A DNA stretch of 63,876 nt, counting the filler, from Anaerolineae bacterium (GTDB lineage: Bacteria > Chloroflexota > Anaerolineae > Epilineales > Epilineaceae): NCBI GenBank assembly GCA_029262755.1. It is 6 parts of 6 records of this genome, joined end to end, with 100 filler letters (N's around TTAATTAATTAA, not from the genome) between each part and the next. Parts side by side here need not be neighbours in the genome. Positions count along the whole stretch, not along the records: positions 24,572 to 31,172 come from JAJCYU010000189.1; positions 31,273 to 34,266 come from JAJCYU010000190.1; positions 34,367 to 57,915 come from JAJCYU010000191.1; 3 more parts are not named here. The stretch is one strand, 5' to 3'. Positions 29,301-39,454 of the stretch are shown piece by piece (the first letter of the stretch is position 1; each line of letters begins with the position of its first letter). A program made the translations under genes and the position numbers. Below the pieces are notes generated by a model that saw only the letters and a program-made list of their open reading frames with translations, ran no database searches and had not been told where the DNA came from.

Positions 29301-30323
29301 TTAGGGTGAAGCCGTCCCGGACAGCACCGGAATCGCAGCGCCGGGTTCGACGTCTACCGGCTCGGCGTTGTCCCGGAGCAGAACCGCCCGCGTGCGTGCA
29401 ACGTCTCGTGCCATGGCGATCAGCAAGTCTTCGATGCGGGTGAAGCGCAGCTCGCCTCGAAGCCTGGCAAGCCAAGCAACCTGCAGCTCGCGACCGTAGA
29501 GATCGGCGTCGACGTCCAGCAGATAGACCTCGATGGAGCGCGCCCCGTGGTCGAACGTAGGGCGCACTCCGATGCTCGCCGCGCCGCCTGCTGCGTGCCG
29601 GTTGCCCTCGCGGTCGCGCCACGCGACGCGCGCCGCATACACACCGTCCGCCGGTACTACGTGCCCTGCGACGGTCTCCAGGTTGGCCGTGGGATAGCCG
29701 AGGGTGCGACCGCGCTTGGCACCATGCACGACGATGCCGCGCAAACCGGGGGGCCGCGCGAGACCCGCGCGTGCGGCGTCGAGGCGACCGGCCTCGACAT
29801 CCGCGCGAATGGCCCCGCTCGCGACGCGGTTGCCGGCCACGATCACCTTGGGCACTACGACCAACTCGAACCGGCGCTCTCGCGCGGCCTGCCGCAGGGT
29901 AGCGACGTCTCCGGAGCGGTCGCGGCCGAAGGCGAAGTCCGGCCCGACCACGATCCCGCGAATCGCGAAGGCCCCGGCGAGCTTGTCCAAGAAGGCTTGC
30001 GGAGAGAGCTCGGCGAGATGCGCATCGAAGGGGAGGTGCTTGACTTGATGCAGGCCCAGCGATTGAAGCAAGACCGCTCGTTCCTGAAGGTCGGTCAGGC
30101 AGGGTACGTGGATGCCGGCCAAGACCTCGGCCGGGTGCGGGTGGATGATCAACGCTACGGGCAGCGCGTCCAGCCGATCGGCGAGCGCAATGGTCGCGTC
30201 GGCCAACGCTTGGTGGCCCCGATGCACACCGTCGAATTTGCCGATCGTGAGCACGACCCGGGGACGAACGTCCGCTCCCCGCCCGGCGCGCTCCGCACCG
30301 CCGACGTCCTGCGCCGCGCTCAC
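29301..30323 (-). CDS. ribF: Bifunctional riboflavin kinase/FAD synthetase
   Basis: IGKFDGVHRGHQ, VGPDFAFG, GRTLGYPTAN, SIGVRPTF. Confidence 0.95.
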   Translation of the reverse strand: MSAAQDVGGAERAGRGADVRPRVVLTIGKFDGVHRGHQALADATIALADRLDALPVALIIHPHPAEVLAGIHVPCLTDLQERAVLLQSLGLHQVKHLPFDAHLAELSPQAFLDKLAGAFAIRGIVVGPDFAFGRDRSGDVATLRQAARERRFELVVVPKVIVAGNRVASGAIRADVEAGRLDAARAGLARPPGLRGIVVHGAKRGRTLGYPTANLETVAGHVVPADGVYAARVAWRDREGNRHAAGGAASIGVRPTFDHGARSIEVYLLDVDADLYGRELQVAWLARLRGELRFTRIEDLLIAMARDVARTRAVLLRDNAEPVDVEPGAAIPVLSGTASP

Positions 30324-31172
30324 CCTTTCTTGCCGCTCCCGCGTTCCGTCGCGGGAGCAGGAAACACGCGATCAGGCTGCCAGCGCAGGTGGACCGAATC
30401 CCAACGAGCAAGCCCGACGAAGGAGCCGCGATCATCGTACACGCGCACCAAGGCGTTCAGGTCATCGGGCGCCGGTGCTTCGAACTGCCTGCCGTGTCGC
30501 ATGTCTGCGGTTCCGTCGGCGTCAAGCACGATTGCGGCGTGATCGGTCAGCGCGGCGTCGAGGGGGTAGGTCAACAAGGGCCACCAGCCCTCCACAAACG
30601 CCTCGACCACCTTGGAGAGCCGCTCGGCCTGCCGGAGGTCGAAGTGCCCCACGGCGGTCCGGCGAAGCGCGGAGAGATGCGCGCCGACGCCCAACGCCTG
30701 ACCGAGGTCGTGCGCGATGGATCGGATGTATGTGCCCTTGCTGACCTCAAGCTCGATGCTGAGATCCGGGGGCGACCAATCCGCGACGTGGAGCGAGTAG
30801 ACGCTCACCGGTCGAGCCGGCCTGTCGATCTCGATGCCCTCGCGCGCCAGCTCGTAGAGACGCTTCCCATCCTTCTTAAGCGCCGAATACATCGGGGGTA
30901 CCTGCAAGATGTCGCCCCGAAACGCTTCGAGGGCCGCTTCGACGTCGGCGCGTTCCAGCCCGCTCGGATCGCGTTCTTCCACGACCTCGCCCTCAGCGTC
31001 GTAGGTGTCCGTGCTCTGCCCAAAGGTGATTCGCGCGACGTAGCGCTTCTTGCCATCCTGAATGTGCTCGATCACCCGCGTCGCGCTGCCGAGGCACACG
31101 ACGAGCACGCCGGTGGCCATCGGGTCGAGCGTGCCCGCATGCCCGACGCGGCGCTCATCGGCTGCTTTGCGC
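30320..31172 (-). CDS. truB: tRNA pseudouridine(55) synthase (5'-truncated)
   Basis: RVGHAGTLDPMATGVL, QVPPMYSALKKDGKRLYELAR, SKGTYIRS. Confidence 0.96.
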
Positions 31173-31272
31173 NNNNNNNNNNNNNNNNNNNNNNNNNNNN
31201 NNNNNNNNNNNNNNNNTTAATTAATTAANNNNNNNNNNNNNNNNNNNNNNNNNNNNNNNNNNNNNNNNNNNN
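31173..31272. other. Artificial contig linker
   Basis: Same 100-bp N/TTAATTAATTAA spacer. Confidence 0.98.
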
Positions 31273-31926
31273 CGAACCGAGGAAGCCAAGCTCCGTGTTC
31301 GGCGTGACGCCGACGAAGCCCGGGTTCTTGCCCAGGTCCAACGTGATCGACGTGCCCGGCTCGATGTCGTAGTTCTGCGTCAAGACCGCCGTCGGCGAGC
31401 TCGTCGAGTACAATTCCACCGTGACCGTCGCCATCTGGCTCGTGTCCGTGTTCTGGATCGACACCAACGACGTCGTGCCGACGTAGTCGATGACCGCCAG
31501 CGGAACCGAAACCTCGAGGCCCGGCTGCACGTTCGAGTAAATCGCCGCGCCACCGCTCGAGAACCAGTCGGTACGCGCGATCGCTGCAATTTGGCGGTCC
31601 GCCGAGATGATCGCGGCATACGCGCCGTTCGTCAGCGCCGTCTCATTCGGCAGGAAGATGTTTGCCGCGCCGCCGGCCGGTACATTCGGGCTCGTGATCG
31701 AAATCGGCGCGCCATTCGTACCCTGCTTGTAGAAGTCCGACACGATCGTCGCCGACTGCGTGGCGTCCAGGTTCTGAATCTGGATGCCCGTGGCGCCCGC
31801 GCCCGAGATGCCCGCCAAGCGGCTGGCATACACCGACTGCGGCGTCGTGTTGAACACACCGGCCACACCTGCGGCCAGGACGGCCACGAGGGCCGTCAAC
31901 GTCGTCAAGACCATCAACTTCTTCAT
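31273..31926 (-). CDS. Secreted beta-rich cell-surface (S-layer-like) protein, 3'-truncated
   Basis: MKK signal peptide, GGAG RBS, repeated (I/S)IQN...ATV...FY modules. Confidence 0.7.
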
Positions 31927-32250
31927 TGCTACGACTCCCTTTGTTCTGGTGGCCGGATATCACGCGTCTGCCTGAACTCGACGGGATCGTGCTGCCGGCC
32001 AAATTGCGTTCAAATCGCGAGACCGTGCCCGCGACGAGATGGAGAATAGGCTTCGCCCACCCTTCCCACCATGGTCCGTGGGGTGAAAAACGAACGCGGG
32101 AGCCTACCACTTTAGTAGTAGTGCCCCCGCGATTCGGCATGAATATGCGGCTATTGGCTCCGATGGCCGGCTGCGGCGCGATTCATCCGCGCAGCACGTC
32201 CATCGTCTGCCAACGACGGACACAGCCGCCTACCAGCCGCCGAAAATACC

Positions 32251-33882
32251 TCAGTCAGCGTCGAGGAACGGGTAGCGGAAGTGACGGGCAGGGACGAACG
32301 TTTCCTTGATCGAGCGCGCCGAGACCCAGCGGACGAGGTTGAGCACGGAGCCGGCCTTGTCGTTCGTGCCGGAGCCGCGCGCACCGCCGAAGGGCTGCTG
32401 GCCGACGACCGCGCCCGTCGGCTTGTCGTTGATGTAGAAGTTGCCGGCCGCATCGGCCAACGCGCGCGCCGCATGCTCGACGACGCGGCGGTCATCGGCG
32501 AACACCGCGCCGGTGAGGGCAGAGGGCGACGTGGCGTCCACCAGGCGCAGCGTTTCCTCCCACTGCGCCTCCGGGTAGACGTGCGCGGTCACGACGGGGC
32601 CGAAGATCTCCTCGCACATCGTCGTGTAGCCCGGGTCCTGCGCGCGCAAGAGCGTCGGCTCCACGAAGTAGCCCTCCGCGTCCGACGCACCCCCGCCGTG
32701 CACGATCTCGACGCCGTCATCGGCCCTCGCCTGCTCGATGTAGCCCGTGATCTTGTCGTACGAGGCGCGGTCGATCACCGCGTTCACGAAGTTGCCGAAG
32801 TCCTCCACCGGACCCATGCGCACATCGGCGAGCTGTGCCCCGACCGCGTCGCGCACCGCGGGCCACAACGAGTCGGGGATGTAGACCCGCGACGCCGCGG
32901 AGCACTTCTGCCCCTGGTACTCATAGCCGCCGCGGACGATGGCGGTGGCCACCGCGTCGACGTTGGCCGAGGCGTGCGCAACGATGAAATCCTTGCCGCC
33001 CGTCTCGCCCACGACGCGCGGGTAGCTGCGGTAGGAACCGATGTTGGTGCCGATCGTGCGCCACATGTGTTGGAACGTGGCTGTGGAGCCCGTGAAGTGC
33101 AGCCCGGCCAGGTCGCGATGGTTGAAGATCACGTCACCGACGGTCGCACCACGCCCCGGCACGAAGTTCACGACGCCCGGCGGCAGTCCGGCCTCCTCCA
33201 AGAGCTTGCAGATCCAATAGCCGGACAGGACCGACGTGCTGGCGGGCTTCCAGACGGTAGTGTTGCCCATCAGGGCCGGCGCGGTGGGCAGGTTGCCCGC
33301 AATCGAGGTGAAGTTGAAGGGCGTGACCGCAAACACGAAGCCTTCGAGCGCGCGGTATTGCAGCCGGTTCCACGTACCTGGCGTTGAGATCGGCTGCTGG
33401 GCGTAGAGCTCCGAGGCGAACTGGACGTTGAAGCGCCAAAAGTCGATCAGCTCGCACGCGGCGTCGATCTCGGCCTGGTAGGCGTTCTTGCTCTGCCCGA
33501 GCATCGTCGAAGCGTTGAGAATCTGGCGCCACGGTCCGGCCAACAGCTCGGCCGCACGCAAGAAGATCGCCGCACGCGCATCCCAGTCCATCGCCGCCCA
33601 ATCGTGACGCGCGTCCACGGCAGCGCGTGCCGCACGCTCGACCTCGGCGGTGCCGCATTGATGGTAGACACCGAGATTCGCGTGGTGGTCGTGCGGGGCT
33701 CGGATAGGCGCGGTGTCACCCGTACGCACCTCTTCGCCGCCGATGATCGCCGGCACGTCGACCGGGTTGGCTCGCATGGTAGCCAGCGCTTGGCGCAAGG
33801 CCGCCCGCTCGGGCGTTCCGGGACCGTAGGACTGAACCGGCTCGTTGACCGGCGGGGGCGGGTGGGGCAAGCCGTTGTTCAC
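32251..33882 (-). CDS. pruA: L-glutamate gamma-semialdehyde (P5C) dehydrogenase
   Basis: PFNFTSIAGNL, HFTGST, GETGGKDF, EYQGQKCSAASR, QQPFGGARGSGTNDKAG. Confidence 0.95.
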   Translation of the reverse strand: MNNGLPHPPPPVNEPVQSYGPGTPERAALRQALATMRANPVDVPAIIGGEEVRTGDTAPIRAPHDHHANLGVYHQCGTAEVERAARAAVDARHDWAAMDWDARAAIFLRAAELLAGPWRQILNASTMLGQSKNAYQAEIDAACELIDFWRFNVQFASELYAQQPISTPGTWNRLQYRALEGFVFAVTPFNFTSIAGNLPTAPALMGNTTVWKPASTSVLSGYWICKLLEEAGLPPGVVNFVPGRGATVGDVIFNHRDLAGLHFTGSTATFQHMWRTIGTNIGSYRSYPRVVGETGGKDFIVAHASANVDAVATAIVRGGYEYQGQKCSAASRVYIPDSLWPAVRDAVGAQLADVRMGPVEDFGNFVNAVIDRASYDKITGYIEQARADDGVEIVHGGGASDAEGYFVEPTLLRAQDPGYTTMCEEIFGPVVTAHVYPEAQWEETLRLVDATSPSALTGAVFADDRRVVEHAARALADAAGNFYINDKPTGAVVGQQPFGGARGSGTNDKAGSVLNLVRWVSARSIKETFVPARHFRYPFLDAD

Positions 33883-34032
33883 GGGAGATCCTCGGGGTGG
33901 GCGGGCGCCGACAGGCGGGCCGATGGGGCCGCCACGGCGTCAATCGGGCGGTCGCGTTCTAGCATAGGAGGGGCGCTTCGAGGGGTCAACGGGGAATGAA
34001 GGAATCCTCCCCGCCTGGTCTAGAATCGTCCC

Positions 34033-34266
34033 ATGATCGTGATCATCGGCGGCGGCATCATCGGCCTGTCCATCGCATGGCGCCTGGCCGTGGCCGGCCG
34101 TGCCGTCACGGTGGTGGAGCGCGGCCGCGCCGGCCGAGGCGCAACGTGGGCCGCGGCGGGTATGCTGCCGCCCCACGTCGAGGTGGAGCCGCAAGAAGAC
34201 GCCCTACTGCCCCTGCTCCTGGCCGGACGCGCACGTTGGCCGTCCTTCGCCGCCGAGCTCGCCGGC
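34033..34266 (+). CDS. thiO: Glycine oxidase ThiO-like FAD oxidoreductase (3'-truncated)
   Basis: IIGGGIIGLSIAWRL, GATWAAAGML. Confidence 0.8.
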
Positions 34267-34366
34267 NNNNNNNNNNNNNNNNNNNNNNNNNNNNNNNNNN
34301 NNNNNNNNNNTTAATTAATTAANNNNNNNNNNNNNNNNNNNNNNNNNNNNNNNNNNNNNNNNNNNN
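34267..34366. other. Artificial contig linker
   Basis: Same 100-bp spacer. Confidence 0.98.
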
Positions 34367-35044
34367 GTCGAGCGCGAGCACCTCGCCCCGCATGCGACGG
34401 TAGGCGACGGCAGGGAAGGGTTCCGCGCCTGCTTGCGTCCTCGCCCCTGCCGTCGTTGCTGCCTCCGCCTCCGGCCCCGCGTCCGTCGCTGAAGCGGATC
34501 CTCCCGCCGCATCGGGATTGGGATCTTCATCGAGCGACGGCAGCGACAAGACGGCGACGCCCTGATCGGCCAGGGCCACCCACAGCAAGCCGTTTGCGGC
34601 GACGATATCCACGGGTACGCCGGGCAGCAGACCGGAGGCGCCGATCAGGCGCGGTCCCGCCGGGTCGCGCAGATCCCACCCGACCACGCGCGGCCCCATG
34701 CCGGCCAGCAGCAGCTCATCCGTGAGCGCGACCGCCTGCGCGGCGCCGCCGATCTGACCGACGATCCGCATGCCGTGCATGGTGATCTCGCCGGGGAAGA
34801 GCTCGGCGACATCGCGCGCGCTCTGGGCGGCCGGGCTTGTCGCTGGGCGGGCGGCGACGGGCGCTTCGGATCGGACGCTCGACTCGACAAGCGCACAGAC
34901 AAGCGCACAGACGAGCGATAGGACGAGCGCCGGGACAAGCGACGGGACGAGCGAAACACGGAAGGTGCGCCCGACGAATACCGGAAGCCTGGCGCGACCT
35001 GGGCCTAAGCACCGCGGTGCACGGTCGAGTCGCTGCTTGTTCAC
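34367..35044 (-). CDS. Secreted LVIVD-repeat-type protein (3'-truncated)
   Basis: Hydrophobic leader partly built from 12-bp repeats (SLVP/ALVC); VGQIGGAAQAVAL, WDLRDPAGPRLIG; GTGA overlap with the upstream GT4. Confidence 0.7.
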
Positions 35045-36465
35045 CGTCGCCTCCCTTTACGCGCCGCGACCCGGTGCCTGCCTCGGCCCTCCGTCCCTGC
35101 GCCCTGCCGATCCGCGACGAGCGCCTCGATCTCGTCCACCTCGCGGTCGATGCGCGCCGTCCACGTGTCGAGCAACGCGTCCGTATCTCCCGCCACGGTG
35201 CGCGCGACGCGGGCGCGGGCAGCGTCGTCGGCGAGAAGGTCGTGCAGGGCGGCGGCTAGCGCAGGCGTCGCGACGTCGGCGCGCAGCAGCCGGCCGTGGC
35301 GTCCGTCGCGCACGACGGCGCCGGTCGTGCCGTTGTCGAGCGTTACCACCGGCAGGCCGGCGAGCATGGCCTCGAGGAGCGTGTTGGAGACGTTGGAGTG
35401 GTCGTACAGGGCCACGAATACGTCGGCTGCGTGATACCAGTCGGCCATCGCGGCGCGATCCACGAAGCCGGCGAAACGCACGGCCTCCGGAACGCCGAGC
35501 GCGCGGGCCTGCGCCTCGAGCGCGGCACGGGAAGGCCCGTCGCCCACGATGGCTACACGGGCCTCGGGCAGGCGCGTGCGCAATGCGGGGAGCGCGTCGA
35601 GCAGGCGTTCCGCACGCTTCCAGTCGACCAGCTGCGCGACCCACAGCACGAGCGGGGCGTCGGGCGGCAGGCCGAGGCGCGCGCGCGCGGCCGCGCGGCG
35701 GGCCGCGGGATCGTCCGCGCCCGCCTGGAAGGGCGCCTTGTCGATCCCGTTGCGCCAGAGCCGAATGCGCGCCGCGGGCACGCCCAGCCATCCGGTGAGC
35801 GTCGGCACGTCGATCGAGCCGTCGTCGGTCACCACGAGGCGATCGACGGGCAGGCGCAGCGCGAGCAGCTCGTCGAAGCGCAGGAGGTACAGGCCCGCGG
35901 CCCGCCGGATGCGACGCGCGAGCCCCTCGCCCAGCGCGGGCGCCCATGCGCCGATCATCGTGCCCATCACGCGCGCCACGACCGGGATGCTGCGTCGCCG
36001 CCCAACCCACCATGCCACGGGAATCGCGGGGTTGTTCACACCGTAGACCACCTGCGGCCGCAGCGTTCGCGACAGGCGCAGCGCGCGTAGCCAGACTACC
36101 GCGACGAAGCGCAGCCACCAGAGGCGAAACGCGAGGTGACGCCGCAAGCCCGCCGGCCGATCGCGTATGAGGCTCAGGTACGAGCGCTCGGCGTCGTAGG
36201 CAAAGGGCGTGCGGTCGAAGGGCAGACGAACGTGGTGGATGACGGCTCCTTCCAACTCCCGCGGTGGATCGTCATGGTTGGCGGCGCTTAGTACATGTAC
36301 GGTCCAGCCGGCGCGCACCAAGCCGCGTAGCAGATAGGCCACGGTCGGCTTGCCGCGGTCACGCCCGGCGTCCCAAACGAAGGGCGTGATGACGAGCGCG
36401 ACCTTCTGGCCCGATGCTTCAGGACTCGGCACGACCTTCGGATCCGCCATGCTCGGGTCTGCCAT
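35041..36465 (-). CDS. Glycosyltransferase family 4
   Basis: WRNGID, QLVDWKR, IVGDGP, NVSNTLLEAMLAGLPVV. Confidence 0.9.
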   Translation of the reverse strand: MADPSMADPKVVPSPEASGQKVALVITPFVWDAGRDRGKPTVAYLLRGLVRAGWTVHVLSAANHDDPPRELEGAVIHHVRLPFDRTPFAYDAERSYLSLIRDRPAGLRRHLAFRLWWLRFVAVVWLRALRLSRTLRPQVVYGVNNPAIPVAWWVGRRRSIPVVARVMGTMIGAWAPALGEGLARRIRRAAGLYLLRFDELLALRLPVDRLVVTDDGSIDVPTLTGWLGVPAARIRLWRNGIDKAPFQAGADDPAARRAAARARLGLPPDAPLVLWVAQLVDWKRAERLLDALPALRTRLPEARVAIVGDGPSRAALEAQARALGVPEAVRFAGFVDRAAMADWYHAADVFVALYDHSNVSNTLLEAMLAGLPVVTLDNGTTGAVVRDGRHGRLLRADVATPALAAALHDLLADDAARARVARTVAGDTDALLDTWTARIDREVDEIEALVADRQGAGTEGRGRHRVAARKGRRR

Positions 36466-36466
36466 G

Positions 36467-37099
36467 CTAGATCTTGATCCGTACGACCTCGAAGGCCTCG
36501 GCGAGGGTGCCCTTGACCTGGAGGCCGCGCACCCGTGCAAGGGATTCGACAAACGAACGGTCGAAATAGGGACGGCCTAGCTCGATTTGCGACTGGTAGT
36601 GGCGCAGGATCTCGATCTTCGTGTCCAGATGCCGGGGTTCGAGCTCCACGAAGGCCTGGGCCGAGAACGTGATGTGGTTCCACGGCAGCTCGTAGCCCCA
36701 GATCGTCATGTCCTTGAAGGCCCGGGTGCCCTCGGCGAAGAGCACCTGGTGGTCCTGGTGCAGATCGTTGCCCGAAGGCAGGAAGACCGCATCCGGCTCG
36801 ATGGACCGGCGCAGCGCCACGAGTTCTTCGAGCACGTCCTGTCGGTGGAAGTTCAGCTTGCGCACCGGCCAGTCGTAGACGTGCACCCGTTCGTCGGGCA
36901 GGCCGAGGGCGCGCATGGACGAAAGGAACTCGTCGCGCAACGTGGTCGGCGGCGCGCCCTCGGGCAAGGAGCCCTGGGCGGTCGAGAAGGCGGCCACGTG
37001 CAGCTCGCAGCCCTCCTCGTGGAAGCGCGCCATGCTACCGCCGCAGCCGAGCTCTGCATCGTCCGTATGCGGTGCGAGGATCAGGATTCGCTTGAACAT
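36467..37099 (-). CDS. PIG-L/LmbE family N-acetyl sugar deacetylase
   Basis: LAPHTDDAELGCGG and DLHQDH Zn motifs; true start MFKRIL overlaps the upstream stop (TGATG). Confidence 0.92.
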   Translation of the reverse strand: MFKRILILAPHTDDAELGCGGSMARFHEEGCELHVAAFSTAQGSLPEGAPPTTLRDEFLSSMRALGLPDERVHVYDWPVRKLNFHRQDVLEELVALRRSIEPDAVFLPSGNDLHQDHQVLFAEGTRAFKDMTIWGYELPWNHITFSAQAFVELEPRHLDTKIEILRHYQSQIELGRPYFDRSFVESLARVRGLQVKGTLAEAFEVVRIKI

Positions 37100-38442
37100 C
37101 AGGGCCTCGCAGCGGGTTCTTGGTGAGATGTTGGGGGGCGTGCAGGGTCGAGTGCCGCGTCGGGCTCGGAGTCGAGACCCGGTTGGGAGTCGGGACCCAC
37201 GTTTGTGAGGCCGGCGGCGACGGGTTGGAGCAGCGGTCCGATGTCGATGTCGGTGTCGGTGTCGGTGCCGGTGAGCAGCGCGTCGTAGATCGCGCCGAGG
37301 CGCGCCATCTCCCGCTCCGCATTGTAGCGACGGGCGGTGGCCAGGGCATTGCGCTTTGCCGCGTCGATCGCGTCCGGCGACCAGCTCGCGAGCACCGCGG
37401 CCATCGCGGCGGGCGTGAAGTCCGGCGCGACGATGCCGGCGCCTTCCCGCGTGACGATGCCCGCCATTTCCGGCGAGGGACCGGTGGCCACGGCCAGCCC
37501 GGCGTGCAGGAAGTCGAAAAACTTGTTGGGCAGGCAGTGCAAGTAGCTGGTGTCGGCAGGCGGGATCATCGCGAGTCCGATGTCCGCGTCGCGGATGGTC
37601 GGCACGATGGCCTCCGGAGTCACGGGCGGGTCGAAGGCCACACGGCCCGGGGCGCGGGCCTCTGCCAAGGCGCGCAGGTCGTCGAGATACCCGGCGTCCT
37701 TGGGCACAAGCATGAGCCGCAGCCGGTAACGCTCCGGGCAGAGTGCCACCGTCTCGACCAGGTCCTCGAGCCGGCGAGCGCGTAGCGCCACCCCGTGGTG
37801 GATCAGCGTCACGCGCTCCGGATCCGTGGCGCGAAACGCCACGTCGCGCGCGCCGGGTGCGTTGAGGATCACGCCGCAGGGCAGCCCGAGCGCCTCCGCG
37901 TAGCGCGCCGCGAGGCCGTCGGCCACGGTTACCATCGCGTCGGCTCGACCCGCGTGCGCCGTCACGAGCCACCGGTGCAGCGGCGCGGCGAGACGGCCGG
38001 CCCACGCGCCGCCGGTCCAATGGTCGAGGCTGTACTCGTGTGCATCGAAGAGCACGCGCGCACCCGTCCGCTCCGCGGCGCGCAGCGCGATCGGCAACGC
38101 GATCGACTCGTTGGCGTGGATCACGTCCGGCGCGGCATCCACGAGCGCGTGCAACGCGATCCGGTGATCGGGCTTGCGCCAGTACCAGCGACGCCACAGT
38201 ACCGGCGCCACCCGGCCGCCCGCCACGAGCGCCACCTGCACGGCGCGGCCGAGCCGCCCGAAGTGATGCCGCGCAATCGGCACGACGCGCACGTGCTCGG
38301 GCGTCTCGTCCAGCTCGCCCCAGCCCACCACCGTCACGTCGTAGCGCGCTGCCGCATGATGGATTTCGCGCAACACGCGCGCGTCGCCCCGCAGCGTGGA
38401 CAGCGATAGGATGGCGAGGCGCGGACGCGCTGTCTCAGCCAC
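37099..38442 (-). CDS. Glycosyltransferase family 4 (capsule-type)
   Basis: DARVLRE, FDAHEY, LPNKFFDFLHAGL; GTG start inferred. Confidence 0.87.
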   Translation of the reverse strand: MAETARPRLAILSLSTLRGDARVLREIHHAAARYDVTVVGWGELDETPEHVRVVPIARHHFGRLGRAVQVALVAGGRVAPVLWRRWYWRKPDHRIALHALVDAAPDVIHANESIALPIALRAAERTGARVLFDAHEYSLDHWTGGAWAGRLAAPLHRWLVTAHAGRADAMVTVADGLAARYAEALGLPCGVILNAPGARDVAFRATDPERVTLIHHGVALRARRLEDLVETVALCPERYRLRLMLVPKDAGYLDDLRALAEARAPGRVAFDPPVTPEAIVPTIRDADIGLAMIPPADTSYLHCLPNKFFDFLHAGLAVATGPSPEMAGIVTREGAGIVAPDFTPAAMAAVLASWSPDAIDAAKRNALATARRYNAEREMARLGAIYDALLTGTDTDTDIDIGPLLQPVAAGLTNVGPDSQPGLDSEPDAALDPARPPTSHQEPAARP

Positions 38443-39454
38443 GGGGCGTGTCCGGTGGCGGGTCGCGCGGAAGATCGCGCGATCCGTCCGGTGGTGCGTC
38501 CGGCGGCGCCTCGCGACGAACCTCGCGCGGGCCGCCCGTCGACGTGCCTGACGAATCTGTCGACGGTGTTCGCGACTCGCCGCCCACGCCCACCGTCCAC
38601 GGCAGCGCAGCCGGCCCTGGGCCGCCGCGCGCCCGTCGCTCCGCGAGCGAAGCACGCAGCGCGTCGATGTCCGCCGCATAGCGTGCGTTCAGCGCGGCCT
38701 CGATGCCCGGCGGGATCGGCGGCGCGCCCGAGCGGTTCACGACGCGGCGCAGGCCGAGCGCGTCGAGGTCGACCTCCGCGTCCACGCCCAGGTGCGCCAG
38801 GACGCCGCGCGCGAATGTGGCCGGGTCGGCGACGATGTCGTCGTAGAGCGCGATGTGCAGCTGCTCGGGGGCGAACACGCAGTCCCAACGGGCGACGATC
38901 GCGGCGTAGTCGCCGTGGCGGTGGACCCCGTCCCCTTCCAGGTACTCAACAAAGGCTTGCTCGTCCACGGAAGCGGGGTCCTTTCCCGAACGGGCCGCGA
39001 GCTCGTGGCAGGCATGCGACCACGCCCGCTCGACCGGATGGCGCAGCACGTAGACCAGGCGCGCCTCCGGCACGAGCGCATGCACGTCGCGAATTCGGTC
39101 CAACGGCAGGGCGCCGTACTCGGTGCTGATCTCGCCGCGCACGCGCCCTTCCGCCTCGCGAAAATGCCAGGCGTACCAGGCCGGCCCGCGGTCCGCGTAG
39201 CGTGAGAAGTAGCGCAGCTCCTTGACCCGCGGCACGAAGACGCCCGGATGGGCGCGCAGCAAGCGGTAGAGCCAGGTCGTGCCCGCCCGCGGCGCGCCGA
39301 GGCCGAGGAAGTCGGGCAGCAAGGCCGCCATCGCGGCCGGATCGCGACGCAAGCGGCCGCCCGCAAGGCGCCATTGAAGACCGTGTGCCAAACGGCGTCC
39401 GCGATGCACCCAAGGCCCGATGCGGCGGCGGATCGGCTCCGGCGCGCGGCTCAC
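38435..39454 (-). CDS. Sulfotransferase (heparan-sulfate sulfotransferase-like subgroup)
   Basis: LPDFLGLGAPRAGTTWLY...HP...KELRYF; GEISTEY; LRHPVERAWS (3'-PB motif). Confidence 0.9.
   Translation of the reverse strand: MSRAPEPIRRRIGPWVHRGRRLAHGLQWRLAGGRLRRDPAAMAALLPDFLGLGAPRAGTTWLYRLLRAHPGVFVPRVKELRYFSRYADRGPAWYAWHFREAEGRVRGEISTEYGALPLDRIRDVHALVPEARLVYVLRHPVERAWSHACHELAARSGKDPASVDEQAFVEYLEGDGVHRHGDYAAIVARWDCVFAPEQLHIALYDDIVADPATFARGVLAHLGVDAEVDLDALGLRRVVNRSGAPPIPPGIEAALNARYAADIDALRASLAERRARGGPGPAALPWTVGVGGESRTPSTDSSGTSTGGPREVRREAPPDAPPDGSRDLPRDPPPDTPRG

Noticed and set aside
36467..38197. Apparent 576-aa fusion ending in a PIG-L domain; similar long leaders on 24520..26451, 52752..54755 and 55528..57306
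   Set aside because: Upstream portions are off-frame overlaps of the preceding genes; true starts overlap the preceding stops.
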